Source: an uncultured delta proteobacterium
GTDB taxonomy: Bacteria; Myxococcota; Myxococcia; Myxococcales; Myxococcaceae
DNA: 64,000 bases
Direction of reading: 5' to 3'
NCBI GenBank assembly: GCA_963771175.1
Contig: CAVYSY010000026.1
Coordinates: 576,001-640,000 of the forward strand
Shown: positions 47,770 through 59,828 of the stretch, one piece after another
Position numbering within the stretch: position 1 is the first letter of the stretch
Layout of the letters: every line of letters begins with the position of its first letter
Program-made: the position numbers and the translations under genes
Notes under the pieces: model-generated
Database searches by the model: none
Seen by the model: only the letters and a program-made list of their open reading frames with translations
Told to the model about the DNA's origin: nothing

Positions 47770-47809
47770 TGAAGAAAGGGGCTGCCCCCCTCGCGGGAGA
47801 CAGCCCCTG
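47770..47809 (-). terminator. Rho-independent terminator of recA
   Basis: Minus-strand AGGGGCTG...CAGCCCCT stem followed by TTCTTC. Confidence 0.65.
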
Positions 47810-47834
47810 AAACTTCAGGCAACGAAGGCGCGGA

Positions 47835-48929
<1,095 letters not shown>

Positions 48930-48971
48930 TTCGTCTTGCTCCTTGCGTATGCGGCGAGCCACCCCGGCCCA

Positions 48972-48988
48972 CCTGAACCCGCGTTTAG
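48972..48988 (-). promoter_or_regulatory. Myxococcus-type LexA (SOS) box
   Basis: CTAAACGCGGGTTCAGG matches 16 of 17 positions of the M. xanthus consensus CTRHAMRYBYGTTCAGS, about 43 bp upstream of recA. Confidence 0.8.
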
Positions 48989-49037
48989 TACGCGATATGA
49001 TGACCCTAGTCCATCCCTCTGACATGACCCACGGCGT

Positions 49038-49799
49038 TCAGCGCCGAGGCAGCAAGAGGAGCAGCCAGGCCAACAGTCCAGCGCCTCCGCTGAGGGCTCC
49101 GTGGTAACCGCCGAAAAACCCCAGATACAGCTGAACGAGCGCCAGCAAGAGCAGCCCCAGCAGGCCCGCCCGCTTCGCCTCCGAGTGCTCGGGAGCCAAC
49201 AGCCCCGGCACCAGGGCCATCAGCGACAGCCCCATGAGAGCGATGAGGGGCAGAAACATCCCGGAATCGTTGGACTCCAAGCCCTCGGACAGGGCGAGCC
49301 ACTGCGCGACGATGCCCGTCCCCAGCACCCCCGCGGCCGCCAGGGAGGCCCATGGGAAGCCCTGGCCCGCGTCCCGGCCCCGCAGGTGGTCCAGGTCCTC
49401 CGGGCGGACCTCCAGCGCGAAGGGAAAGCCGAGCCGCAGCAGCGCCTCGGTGGCCGCGGCCCGGCACGTCCGGCCCGTCGTGTCCTCCAGCCCCGCGAGC
49501 TGGCCACCCTCCAGCAGCTCGTGGAGCAGATCCGCCACCTGCCGCCCCCCACTCCCGGCCTCCAGCGTGTCGAGCTGCTGGTTGAGCTTCGCGGCCGCCA
49601 CCGCGCGCTCGGCCTCGGTGGAGGCCGCCCGGGCCGCCTGGACGGCGAGCTGCACCGGCAGCGGCAGCTCCCCGGGCGGAGGAGGGCTGACCGGCTCCTC
49701 CCATGAGGCCAGGAACGGCAACTCCGGGACGCCCTCGCCCTCCGAGTCACCCTGACGGGAGCCGGAGCCGGGGGGACGGGTGTGCGAGGAGCTGGACAC
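49038..49799 (-). CDS. Hypothetical membrane protein (four C-terminal TM helices)
   Basis: 253-aa ORF with a hydrophobic C-terminal half. Confidence 0.7.
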   Translation of the reverse strand: MSSSSHTRPPGSGSRQGDSEGEGVPELPFLASWEEPVSPPPPGELPLPVQLAVQAARAASTEAERAVAAAKLNQQLDTLEAGSGGRQVADLLHELLEGGQLAGLEDTTGRTCRAAATEALLRLGFPFALEVRPEDLDHLRGRDAGQGFPWASLAAAGVLGTGIVAQWLALSEGLESNDSGMFLPLIALMGLSLMALVPGLLAPEHSEAKRAGLLGLLLLALVQLYLGFFGGYHGALSGGAGLLAWLLLLLPRR

Positions 49800-50044
49800 G
49801 GCCGGGACTGTAACGACCGGCCCCAGCCGCCTTCAAAGCTTCCCGACTGCCCCGGCCCCGGAGCTTCCGCCAGCGGACGCGGGGACCCGCTCGCGCAGTC
49901 GGGAGGACAGCGCCCCTGCCCTGCTGGGAGGGAGGCGGGTAGGCCGGGAACCCACATCAAAGGATGAAGTGCGCGAGGACTCGGCTACGCTCCGGCGCGC
50001 GAGGGGCCCGCAACTTTCTTCGAGGCCCGGGGTTCGACGAGGAC

Positions 50045-50644
50045 GTGGAAGCGGATTCGGACGCACAGATGATGTTGAAGGTGGCGGCGGGCGACCGGCG
50101 GGCCTTCGCGGTCCTGTTCGACCGGTATCACGCCAGCGTGGCGCGCTTCGCGTTCCGCTTCGTCGGGAACCGGGAGCGGGCCGAGGAGCTGACGCAGGAC
50201 ATCTTCGTGAAGCTCTACCGCAACGCGAAGGGCTACAAGCCGACGGCGAAGTTCAAGACGTTCCTGTTCCGGGTGGCCTCCAACCACTGCCTCAACGAGG
50301 TGCGGCGCGGAGAGTACCGGGTGGAGCACACGACGACGTCGGAGACGCCCGAGGACGAGAGCGGGCTGGACGTGGCGGGGCAGGAGGGGGACAGGCCGGA
50401 CCAGGCGCTGGCGGGGCGGGAGCTGGAGCGGGCCGTGGGCGAGGCGCTGAAGTCGATGAGCGAGCGGGAGCGGGCGGCCTTCACCATGTGCCGCTTCGAG
50501 GGCATGGCGTACCGGGAGATCGCCGAGGCGCTGGAGGCGAGCGAGGCGGCGGTGAAGAGCCTCATCCACCGGGCGACGCTGGCGGTGGCGCGAAAGGTAG
50601 AGGAACTGCAGGCGGGCTCCGAGCCCGTGAGGAGCAGGGCATGA
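50045..50644 (+). CDS. ECF sigma factor
   Basis: Region 2 (AEELTQDIFVKLY, FKTFLFRVASN) and region 4 (YREIAEAL...VKSLIHRA). GTG start chosen after GAGG. Confidence 0.93.
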   Translation: MEADSDAQMMLKVAAGDRRAFAVLFDRYHASVARFAFRFVGNRERAEELTQDIFVKLYRNAKGYKPTAKFKTFLFRVASNHCLNEVRRGEYRVEHTTTSETPEDESGLDVAGQEGDRPDQALAGRELERAVGEALKSMSERERAAFTMCRFEGMAYREIAEALEASEAAVKSLIHRATLAVARKVEELQAGSEPVRSRA

Positions 50645-51114
50645 GCTGTCCATTCGAGGAAGACCTGACGGCCTACGTCGACGAGGAGCTGCCGCCCGCG
50701 CGCCGCGCCGAGGTGGAGACGCACCTGAGAGGCTGCGCGGGATGCCAGGGGACGGAGGCGCTCCTGCGGCGCACGGTGGCGCGGATGGCCGAGCTGCCCG
50801 AGTTCACCCCCTCGACGGCCACGCGGCGCGAGGTGCTGGCGAAGGTGGACGCGCTGCCGAGACCCCTGGGGGAGCGGCTGCTGGCGCTGCTGCGGCCCAC
50901 GGTGCTGGTGCCGGCGGCGGGACTGGCGGCGGTGGCGGGGCTGGCGCTCTACACCACCGCCACGAGCGAGCCCGCGCTGGAGGTGCCGGACGCGGGCACG
51001 CTGGAGCTGGCGATGAACCTGGAAGTCGTCGAGGACTACGAGGTCCTCGGCCTGGACGAGAGTGAAGACCTGGAGGTGGTTGCCCATCTCCATGAGCTGG
51101 AGGAGGTGCAGTGA
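50641..51114 (+). CDS. Zinc-binding anti-sigma factor (zf-HC2) with a TM helix and an acidic C-terminal tail
   Basis: HLRGCAGC motif and a single TM helix. ATGA overlap with the sigma gene. Confidence 0.88.
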   Translation: MSCPFEEDLTAYVDEELPPARRAEVETHLRGCAGCQGTEALLRRTVARMAELPEFTPSTATRREVLAKVDALPRPLGERLLALLRPTVLVPAAGLAAVAGLALYTTATSEPALEVPDAGTLELAMNLEVVEDYEVLGLDESEDLEVVAHLHELEEVQ

Positions 51115-51635
51115 TGAGGGGCCGGAGGAACATGGCGCTGGCGGGGCTGGTGGCGGCGCTGCTCGTGGGCGGCGCGGGCCGCGCGGAGGAGCCTCGCCCG
51201 GAGCCCCCGAAGCAGGAGCAGGGGCGGACGGCGGCCGAGCGCTTCCAGCAGCTCTCGCCCGAGCAGAAGGCGGCACTGCGCGCGAAGCTGCGCGAGCTCA
51301 AGTCGATGCCCAAGGAGGACCAGGAGCGCATCAAGGCCAACCTGGAGCGCTGGAAGCAGATGCCGCCGGAGGAGCGCGAGCGCGTCCGGGCCAACCAGCG
51401 CGAGTTCCAGCGGCTGTCGCCCGAGGAGCGCAAGCAGATGCGCGAGCGCTTCCGCGAGTTCCGCGGGATGAGCGCCGAGCGCAAGGCGGAGCTGCGCCAG
51501 CGGATGCGGACCTACCTGCGCGCGCACCCGGAGCGGCGCGAGCAGATGATGGAGAACATGCGCCGCTGGCGGCAGATGTCGCCCGAGCAGCGCCAGCAGA
51601 TGCGCGAGCGGATGCGCGAGAGGCGGCGTCCGTGA
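51111..51635 (+). CDS. DUF3106-like exported Arg-rich helical repeat protein
   Basis: Signal peptide and repeats of (W/F)xx(M/L)(S/P)PE(E/Q)R. Confidence 0.8.
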   Translation: MMRGRRNMALAGLVAALLVGGAGRAEEPRPEPPKQEQGRTAAERFQQLSPEQKAALRAKLRELKSMPKEDQERIKANLERWKQMPPEERERVRANQREFQRLSPEERKQMRERFREFRGMSAERKAELRQRMRTYLRAHPERREQMMENMRRWRQMSPEQRQQMRERMRERRRP

Positions 51636-51877
51636 GCTGGCTCCGCCCCCTGCTGCTGGCCACCGTCCTGAGCGCCGGGACGGCCGCCGCCTCGGAGCCT
51701 GGTCCGCCCGCTCCACCCAAGAACCCGCCCGAGCAGCGCGCGTCCACCCCGGAGCTGTCCGCCGAGGACAAGGAGGTGGTGGAGAACCTCGAGCTGCTGG
51801 AGAGCATGGACGCGGTGGAGGACCTCGAGCTGCTGCTCGAGCTGAGCAAGGACGACTCCCCCTCCGACGAGGAGTGA
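51632..51877 (+). CDS. Small secreted acidic protein (81 aa)
   Basis: GTGA overlap with the previous stop. Signal peptide, Pro-rich linker, then EVVENLELLESMDAVEDLELLLEL. Confidence 0.7.
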   Translation: MSWLRPLLLATVLSAGTAAASEPGPPAPPKNPPEQRASTPELSAEDKEVVENLELLESMDAVEDLELLLELSKDDSPSDEE

Positions 51878-51921
51878 AGGCCCACCCCGGGCAGGGCGTG
51901 GAGGGGTAGACTGGCGGCACC

Positions 51922-52890
51922 TTGCCGTCCCCGCCCCCGCCCCCCAGGACCGTGGAGATCCCCTCGCGCCGCTTCGGGCGCTACGTGCTGCGCTCGCGCC
52001 TGGGCTCGGGGGGCATGGCCGAGGTGTTCCTCGCGGAAACCCGGGACGAGCAGGGGGCTCCCCTCAAGGTGGCGCTGAAGCTGATGCGCAAGGACGTCTC
52101 GGCGGAGTCCTTCGCCGACGAGGCGGACCTGATGGGCATCCTGGAGCACCCCAACCTGGTGCGCCGGCTGGAGATTGGCGAGGCCTTCGGGCGCTTCTTC
52201 ATCGCCATGGAGTTCCTCGTCGGTGGAGACCTGGAGGGGCTCCTCCGGGCGCACCGTCAGCAGGGGCAGGCCATCCCCGCGGCGCTGGGCGCCCACGTGT
52301 GCATCGAGGTGCTGCGGGCCCTGGCCTACTTCCACCAGGCGCGCACGCGCAGCGGCCGGCCGCTGGAGCTGATCCACGGTGATGTGAATCCCGCCAACAT
52401 CTTCTTCTCCGGACAGGGCGAGGTGCGGCTCGGCGACTTCGGCGTGGCCAAGGCGCGCGGGTTGGACCTCGGCCCGGAGGACGGGGTGACGGCGGGCAAG
52501 CTGCACTACCTCTCGCCGGAGCAGACGCGCGGGGACTCGCTGACGCTGGCCTCGGACCTGTTCTCGCTGGGCATCGTCCTGCACGAGCTGGTGCTGGGCT
52601 TCCACCCCTTCGCGCCCGAGAGCGATGATCCCGACCGGGTGATGGCGGCCATCCGCGCGGCGAAGCTGAACCTGCCGGACACGCTGGACAAGCCGCTCGC
52701 GGCGGTGCTGCGCAAGGCACTGGCACCAGACGTGAATCAGCGCTTCCGCACGGCGGGCGAGTTCGCGGGAGCCCTCTTCGCCTGGGCGTTGGATACAGGA
52801 CAGCCCTTCGGCACGCGCGAGGTGCAGGCCTCGCTGCAACAGGCCCTCTCGCTCGCACTCTGGGAACGGGAGAAGAGCCGCCCCCGGTAG
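51922..52890 (+). CDS. Ser/Thr protein kinase
   Basis: GSGGMA, VALK, HGDVNPAN, DFG and YLSPE. Confidence 0.92.
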   Translation: MPSPPPPPRTVEIPSRRFGRYVLRSRLGSGGMAEVFLAETRDEQGAPLKVALKLMRKDVSAESFADEADLMGILEHPNLVRRLEIGEAFGRFFIAMEFLVGGDLEGLLRAHRQQGQAIPAALGAHVCIEVLRALAYFHQARTRSGRPLELIHGDVNPANIFFSGQGEVRLGDFGVAKARGLDLGPEDGVTAGKLHYLSPEQTRGDSLTLASDLFSLGIVLHELVLGFHPFAPESDDPDRVMAAIRAAKLNLPDTLDKPLAAVLRKALAPDVNQRFRTAGEFAGALFAWALDTGQPFGTREVQASLQQALSLALWEREKSRPR

Positions 52891-52917
52891 GAGCGGGACC
52901 GCACGCGGATTCTTCTT

Positions 52918-52946
52918 TTGACAGCCCCCACCGCCCCCCTTAGCTT
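52918..52946 (+). promoter_or_regulatory. Sigma70-type promoter for the riboswitch-nrdAB transcript
   Basis: TTGACA-17 bp-TAGCTT. Confidence 0.75.
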
Positions 52947-52951
52947 GTCGC

Positions 52952-53132
52952 GCGTCGCTGGTGCCAGAGCCCTGCTCTGGATTGAAAGGGAATCCGGTGT
53001 GAATCCGGAGCTGCCCCCGCAGCGGTAAGCGAGAACGAACCCGCCCATACCCACTGGCCGAGAGGCTGGGAAGGAGGCGGTAGTAGGACCGGCGAGAGCC
53101 GGGTGCTCGCGAGCCCGAAGACCTGCCAGCAC
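52952..53132 (+). ncRNA. Cobalamin (B12) riboswitch
   Basis: GGTG...AAAGGGAATCCGGTGTGAATCCGGAGCTGCCCCCGCAGCGGT...CCACTG...GGGAAG...AGCCCGAAGACCTGCC (B12 box). Confidence 0.93.
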
Positions 53133-53270
53133 CTGCCTCTGGGAGAAATCCAGCGGCTGCTCGACCTGGAAGCCTCGTGGGGAGGCAGGAGGTCCGTGCG
53201 CCGCGGGCTCCCCGTGGCTGTCCCGGTTCCGCCCATCTCCTCGCAGGCCTTGACGAACGCGAGGAGGAGC

Positions 53271-55688
53271 ATGCTGAACGGAAGCCACATCCCTGAACGC
53301 GAGCAGGTCTCGCCGCCCACCACCATGCGGGTGCGCAAGCGCAACGGAGCGCTCGAGGTCGCGGACCTGAACAAGATCGTCCGGGCGATCGGCCGCTGTT
53401 GCGACGGGCTGCGCCAGGTCGATGCCATCCGCGTGGCGACGAAGACGATCGCCGGCCTCTACGACGGAGCCACGACGCAGGAGCTCGACCAGCTCTCCAT
53501 CCAGACCGCCGCCTCGCTGATCGCTCGAGGAGCCCGAGTACTCGCAAGCTCGCGGCGCGGCTGCTCGCGACGTTCATCGACAAGGAGGTCTCCGGACCAG
53601 GAGATCCACTCCTTCTCGCAGTCGATCGCCGCCGGCCATCGCCTCGGCCTCGTCAACGATCGCGTGCACGGCTTCGTCTCGGCGAACGCACGCAAGCTGA
53701 ACGACGCGATCGACCCCTCGCGAACCGGCCTCTTCGAGTACTTCGGGCTGCGCACGGTCTACGACCGCTACCTGCTCAAGCACCCGAAGACGCGCGAGGT
53801 GCTCGAGACGCCCCAGCACTTCTTCATGCGCATCGCGTGCGCGCTCGCGGAGACCGTGCCCGAGGCGCTCGAGCTCTATCGGCTCTTCTCGATCGCTCGA
53901 GTACGTGCCGAGCTCGCCCACCCTCTTCAACTCGGGCACGCGCCACGAGCAGCTCTCGTCGCTGCTTCCTCCTGGACTCGCCCGGGGACGAGCTGGAGAC
54001 CATCTACCAGCGCTACACCGACGTCGCGATGCTCTCGAAGTTCTCGGGCGGCATCGGCCTCGCGTACCACCGCGTCCGCTCGCGCGGCTCGCTCATCGCG
54101 AGCACCAACGGGCACTCGCAACGGCATCGTGCCCTGGCTGAAGACGCTCGATGCGTCGGTGGCCGCGGTGAACCAGGGCGGCAAGCGCAAGGGCGCCTGC
54201 TGCGTGTACCTCGAGACCTGGCACGCGGACATCGAGGAGTTCCTCGAGCTGCGCGACAACACCGGCGACGAGGCGCGCCGCACGCACAACCTGAACCTCG
54301 CCAACTGGATCCCCGATCTCTTCATGAAGCGCGTCGAGGCCGACGGGGACTGGTCCCTCTTCGATCCCAAGACCGTCCCGCACCTCACCGACCTCTACGG
54401 CGAGGCGTTCGAGCGCGCCTACGACGCTGGCCGAGCGACAGGGCCTCGCGGCCCGGACGGTGAAGGCCCGCGATCTCTACGCGCGCATGATGCGGACGCT
54501 CGCCCAGACCGGGAACGGCTGGATGACGTTCAAGGACACGTCGAACCGGGCCTGCAACCAGACCGCGCTGCCGGGCCGCGTCGTCCACCTCTCGAACCTC
54601 TGCACCGAGATCCTCGAGGTCACCTCGGGGGACGAGACGGCGGTCTGCAACCTCGGCTCGATCAACCTCGCGCGGCACACGTCCGTGGACGAGGCCAGCC
54701 GGGTGACGTTCGACTTCGACAAGCTCGCGCGGACGGTGCGCACGGCGGTGCGTCAGCTCGACCGGGTGATCGACCTCAACTTCTACCCGATCGCCTCGGC
54801 GCAAGACGCTCGAACCTCCGCTGGCGGCCGGTGGGCCTGGGCGTGATGGGCCTGCAGGACGTGTTCTTCCAGCTGCGCCTGCCCTTCGACGCGCCCGAGG
54901 CGCGCGAGCTCTCGCGGCGGATCTCCGAGGAGATCTACTTCCACGCGCTCTCCGCCTCGTGCGACCTCGCGGCCGAGCGCGGCGCGCACCCGGCCTTCCC
55001 CGAGACGCGCGCGGCGCGAGGCGAGCTCCAGTTCGACGCGTGGGGCGTCACCCCCGAGGACCCGGCGCGCTGGGACGCGCTCCGCGCCCGGATCCAGACG
55101 GTGGGCCTGCGCAACTCGCTGCTCATCGCGATCGCGCCGACGGCGACCATCGCGTCGATCGCCGGCTGCTACGAGTGCATCGAGCCGCAGGTGTCGAACC
55201 TCTTCAAGCGCGAGACGCTCTCGGGCGACTTCCTGCAGGTGAACCGCTACCTCGTCGACGGAGCTCAAGTCGCTCGGCCTCTGGAACGAGGAGATGCGCA
55301 CCCGCATCAAGCTCGCCGAGGGCTCGATCCAGGCCATGGGGGAGATTCCCGCGGACGTGCGAGCCATCTACCGCACCGCGTGGGAGCTGCCGATGCGCTC
55401 GCTCATCGACATGGCGGCCGACCGCGGCGCCTTCATCGACCAGAGCCAGTCGCTCAACCTGTTCATCGAGACGCCGAACATCGGGCAGCTCACCTCCATG
55501 TACATGTACGCCTGGAAGAAGGGGCTGAAGACGACCTACTACCTGCGCTCCCGGCCGGCGACGCGCATCGCGAAGGACCGACGCGTCGACGCGGCGACGT
55601 CACGGCGCCGATGAAGCCGACACCGACACCGACGCAGGCCGTCGCCTGCTCCCTGGAGAACCCCGAGAACTGCGAGGCCTGCCAATGA
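53271..55688 (+). CDS. nrdA: Ribonucleotide reductase class Ia alpha subunit with ATP cone; frameshifts
   Basis: VRKRNG ATP cone, SPTLFNSG, SNLCTEI, APTAT, KTTYYLR and C-terminal CEACQ. Confidence 0.95.
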   Translation: MLNGSHIPEREQVSPPTTMRVRKRNGALEVADLNKIVRAIGRCCDGLRQVDAIRVATKTIAGLYDGATTQELDQLSIQTAASLIARGARVLASSRRGCSRRSSTRRSPDQEIHSFSQSIAAGHRLGLVNDRVHGFVSANARKLNDAIDPSRTGLFEYFGLRTVYDRYLLKHPKTREVLETPQHFFMRIACALAETVPEALELYRLFSIARVRAELAHPLQLGHAPRAALVAASSWTRPGTSWRPSTSATPTSRCSRSSRAASASRTTASARAARSSRAPTGTRNGIVPWLKTLDASVAAVNQGGKRKGACCVYLETWHADIEEFLELRDNTGDEARRTHNLNLANWIPDLFMKRVEADGDWSLFDPKTVPHLTDLYGEAFERAYDAGRATGPRGPDGEGPRSLRAHDADARPDRERLDDVQGHVEPGLQPDRAAGPRRPPLEPLHRDPRGHLGGRDGGLQPRLDQPRAAHVRGRGQPGDVRLRQARADGAHGGASARPGDRPQLLPDRLGARRSNLRWRPVGLGVMGLQDVFFQLRLPFDAPEARELSRRISEEIYFHALSASCDLAAERGAHPAFPETRAARGELQFDAWGVTPEDPARWDALRARIQTVGLRNSLLIAIAPTATIASIAGCYECIEPQVSNLFKRETLSGDFLQVNRYLVDGAQVARPLERGDAHPHQARRGLDPGHGGDSRGRASHLPHRVGAADALAHRHGGRPRRLHRPEPVAQPVHRDAEHRAAHLHVHVRLEEGAEDDLLPALPAGDAHREGPTRRRGDVTAPMKPTPTPTQAVACSLENPENCEACQ

Positions 55689-56752
55689 GCGCCCAGAAGA
55701 ACGAGAGCTGGACCCCGACGAAGGTCTCGCACGCGACGCCGAAGACGGGCGCACGGCTGCTCGACCCGGGCCTGAACCTCACGCTGCGCCCGATGCAGTA
55801 CCCGGTCTTCTTCGACATGTACCGGGACGCCATCAAGAACACCTGGACGGTGGAGGAGGTGGACTTCTCGACGGACGTGGGAGACCTGCGCTCGAAGATG
55901 ACGGCCGCGGACCGCCATCTCATCCAGCGGCTCGTGGCCTTCTTCGCGACGGGCGACTCCATCGTGGCGAACAACCTCGTGCTGAACCTCTACAAGCACG
56001 TGAACGCGCCCGAGGCGCGCATGTACCTGTCGCGGCAGCTCTACGAGGAGGCACTGCACGTGCAGTTCTACCTCACGCTGCTCGACACGTACGTGCCGGA
56101 CCCGGTCGAGCGGGCGAAGGCCTTCGCGGCGATCGACAACATCCCGAGCATCCGCGCGAAGGCCGAGTTCTGCTTCAGGTGGATGGACACCATCGGCGAG
56201 CTGGAGCGGCTGGAGACGAAGGAGCAGCGGCGCCAGTTCCTCCTGAACCTCATCTGCTTCGCGGCCTGCATCGAGGGGCTCTTCTTCTTCGCGGCGTTCG
56301 CCTACGTCTACTTCCTCCGCTCGCGGGGGCTGCTGCACGGGCTGGCCGCCGGGACGAACTGGGTCTTCCGCGACGAGAGCGCGCACATGGCCTTCGCCTT
56401 CGAGGTGGTGCGGACGGTGCGCCGCGAGGAGCCGGACCTCTTCGACGCGGAGCTGGAGCGGCGCATCGCCACGATGATCGACGAGGCGGTGGCGTGCGAG
56501 CTCCAGTTCGCCGAGGACCTGCTGGGGCTCGGCGTCGCCGGGCTCTCCGTGCGCGAGATGCGGCAGTACCTGGAGTTCGTCGCGGATCAGCGACTCGCGA
56601 TGCTGGAGCTGCCGAAGCGCTACGGCGCGAAGAACCCGTTCGGCTTCATGGACCTGCAGGACGTGCAGGAGCTGGCGAACTTCTTCGAGCGCCGCGTCTC
56701 CGCGTACCAGGTCGGCGTCGCCGGGGAGGTCACCTTCGACGCGGCGTTCTGA
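55685..56752 (+). CDS. nrdB: Ribonucleotide reductase class Ia beta subunit
   Basis: GDSIV, EALHVQFY, EGLFF, DESAH and NFFERRVSAY. Confidence 0.95.
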   Translation: MSAQKNESWTPTKVSHATPKTGARLLDPGLNLTLRPMQYPVFFDMYRDAIKNTWTVEEVDFSTDVGDLRSKMTAADRHLIQRLVAFFATGDSIVANNLVLNLYKHVNAPEARMYLSRQLYEEALHVQFYLTLLDTYVPDPVERAKAFAAIDNIPSIRAKAEFCFRWMDTIGELERLETKEQRRQFLLNLICFAACIEGLFFFAAFAYVYFLRSRGLLHGLAAGTNWVFRDESAHMAFAFEVVRTVRREEPDLFDAELERRIATMIDEAVACELQFAEDLLGLGVAGLSVREMRQYLEFVADQRLAMLELPKRYGAKNPFGFMDLQDVQELANFFERRVSAYQVGVAGEVTFDAAF

Positions 56753-56770
56753 GCCAAGGGCGTCACCCGT

Positions 56771-57792
56771 TCACTTCGCCCGTTCGACGCGGCCGTCGGG
56801 ATGCCGCGCGAACCGGCCTTCCTCCCTCGGGTGCACCGGGCCATTGCTCGGCCACGGCCAGCCCCCGAACTCCGTGCGCTGGTAGTCCTGGAACGCCTGC
56901 CGGAGCTCGGCGGGGGTATTCATGACGAAGGGACCGTACTGCACGACGGGCTCTCCGATCGGCCGGCCCTGCAGGAGGAGCAGCTCGCCCTGGTCCGGGC
57001 CATTGGTGAGCGTCACCTCCTGCTCGGCGCGGAGCTGGACCCCGGAGTAGGACGGGATGGACCGGTTGCCGATCCGGAGGGAGCTTCCCACGAAGAAATA
57101 GAGCGTGCGGTTCACTCCCTTCCCCGCAGGCGGGAGCGTCCACTCCGCCCCGGGCTCCATCTTGATGGTCCAGATGGCGAGCTCCGACTCAGGCCGCGCC
57201 GCCCAGGACTTCGGCGGAGGCGGAGGCGCCTGGAGCTGAGCGAGCTGCCCGGCCACGACGTTGACCTCGGTCAACCGTCCGGCCGAATCCCGGGCGCTGT
57301 ACTTCGGGATCGTGTCGCTCCAGAACATCGAGAAGTGGGGCTCCACGAGCTTGTTCGCTCTCGGCAGGTTCAGCCAGATCTGGAACAGCTCGAGCGGGTT
57401 CGGCCCCTTCTGGTCGACCAACGGGAACATTCCTCGGAGTGGACGACGCCCTTGCCGGTGGTGAGCCACTGGACGTCTCCGTGTCCGAAGCGGGCAACCG
57501 CGCCCAGGGAGTCCGAGTGGTCGATGAGCCCGCGGCGAACGATCGTCACCGTCTCGAAGCCACGATGCGGGTGCTGGGGAAACCCAGGCACCACGTCCCC
57601 GTGGTACATGCGCCAGCCATCCTTGCCCTCGAAGTCCTGCCCGATGTCCCGGCCCGCGAGGGATGCGGCGGGGCCCATCCGCTCGTCCCCCGCCGGATAG
57701 GCATCATCGTGGTGGACGCAGAAGAGGAACGGGTCGGAGGTCTGCCACTGGAACCCCAGGGGGTTCACGTTCAGCACGGCGTCGTCGCTCAT
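56771..57792 (-). CDS. Pirin-family protein; frameshift near 57430
   Basis: [25 protein letters not shown] and GPFVMNT. Confidence 0.9.
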
Positions 57793-57802
57793 AGGTCCTC
57801 TC

Positions 57803-57846
57803 TAATAACAAAACGCCCGGGCGCCTCGAAAGGCGTCCCCGGGCGT
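57803..57846 (-). terminator. Rho-independent terminator after glmS
   Basis: ACGCCCGGG...CCCGGGCGT stem followed by a T-rich tract on the minus strand. Confidence 0.7.
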
Positions 57847-57878
57847 GATGGACCGAGCAGCGGTCCGAGAGCGGCGGA

Positions 57879-59721
<1,843 letters not shown>

Positions 59722-59828
59722 GTTGTCCGTCCTCTCTCACGCCCGAGCCCCCGTTGGCAAATTCCCGGGGCACCCCACCTACACCGGGCGACACCTGTCG
59801 CCCTGACGACAAGCAAAAGCCGGGCCCA

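Noticed and set aside
59722..59828. glmS ribozyme
   Set aside because: A GC hairpin is present but no recognisable conserved ribozyme core, and the spacer is short.
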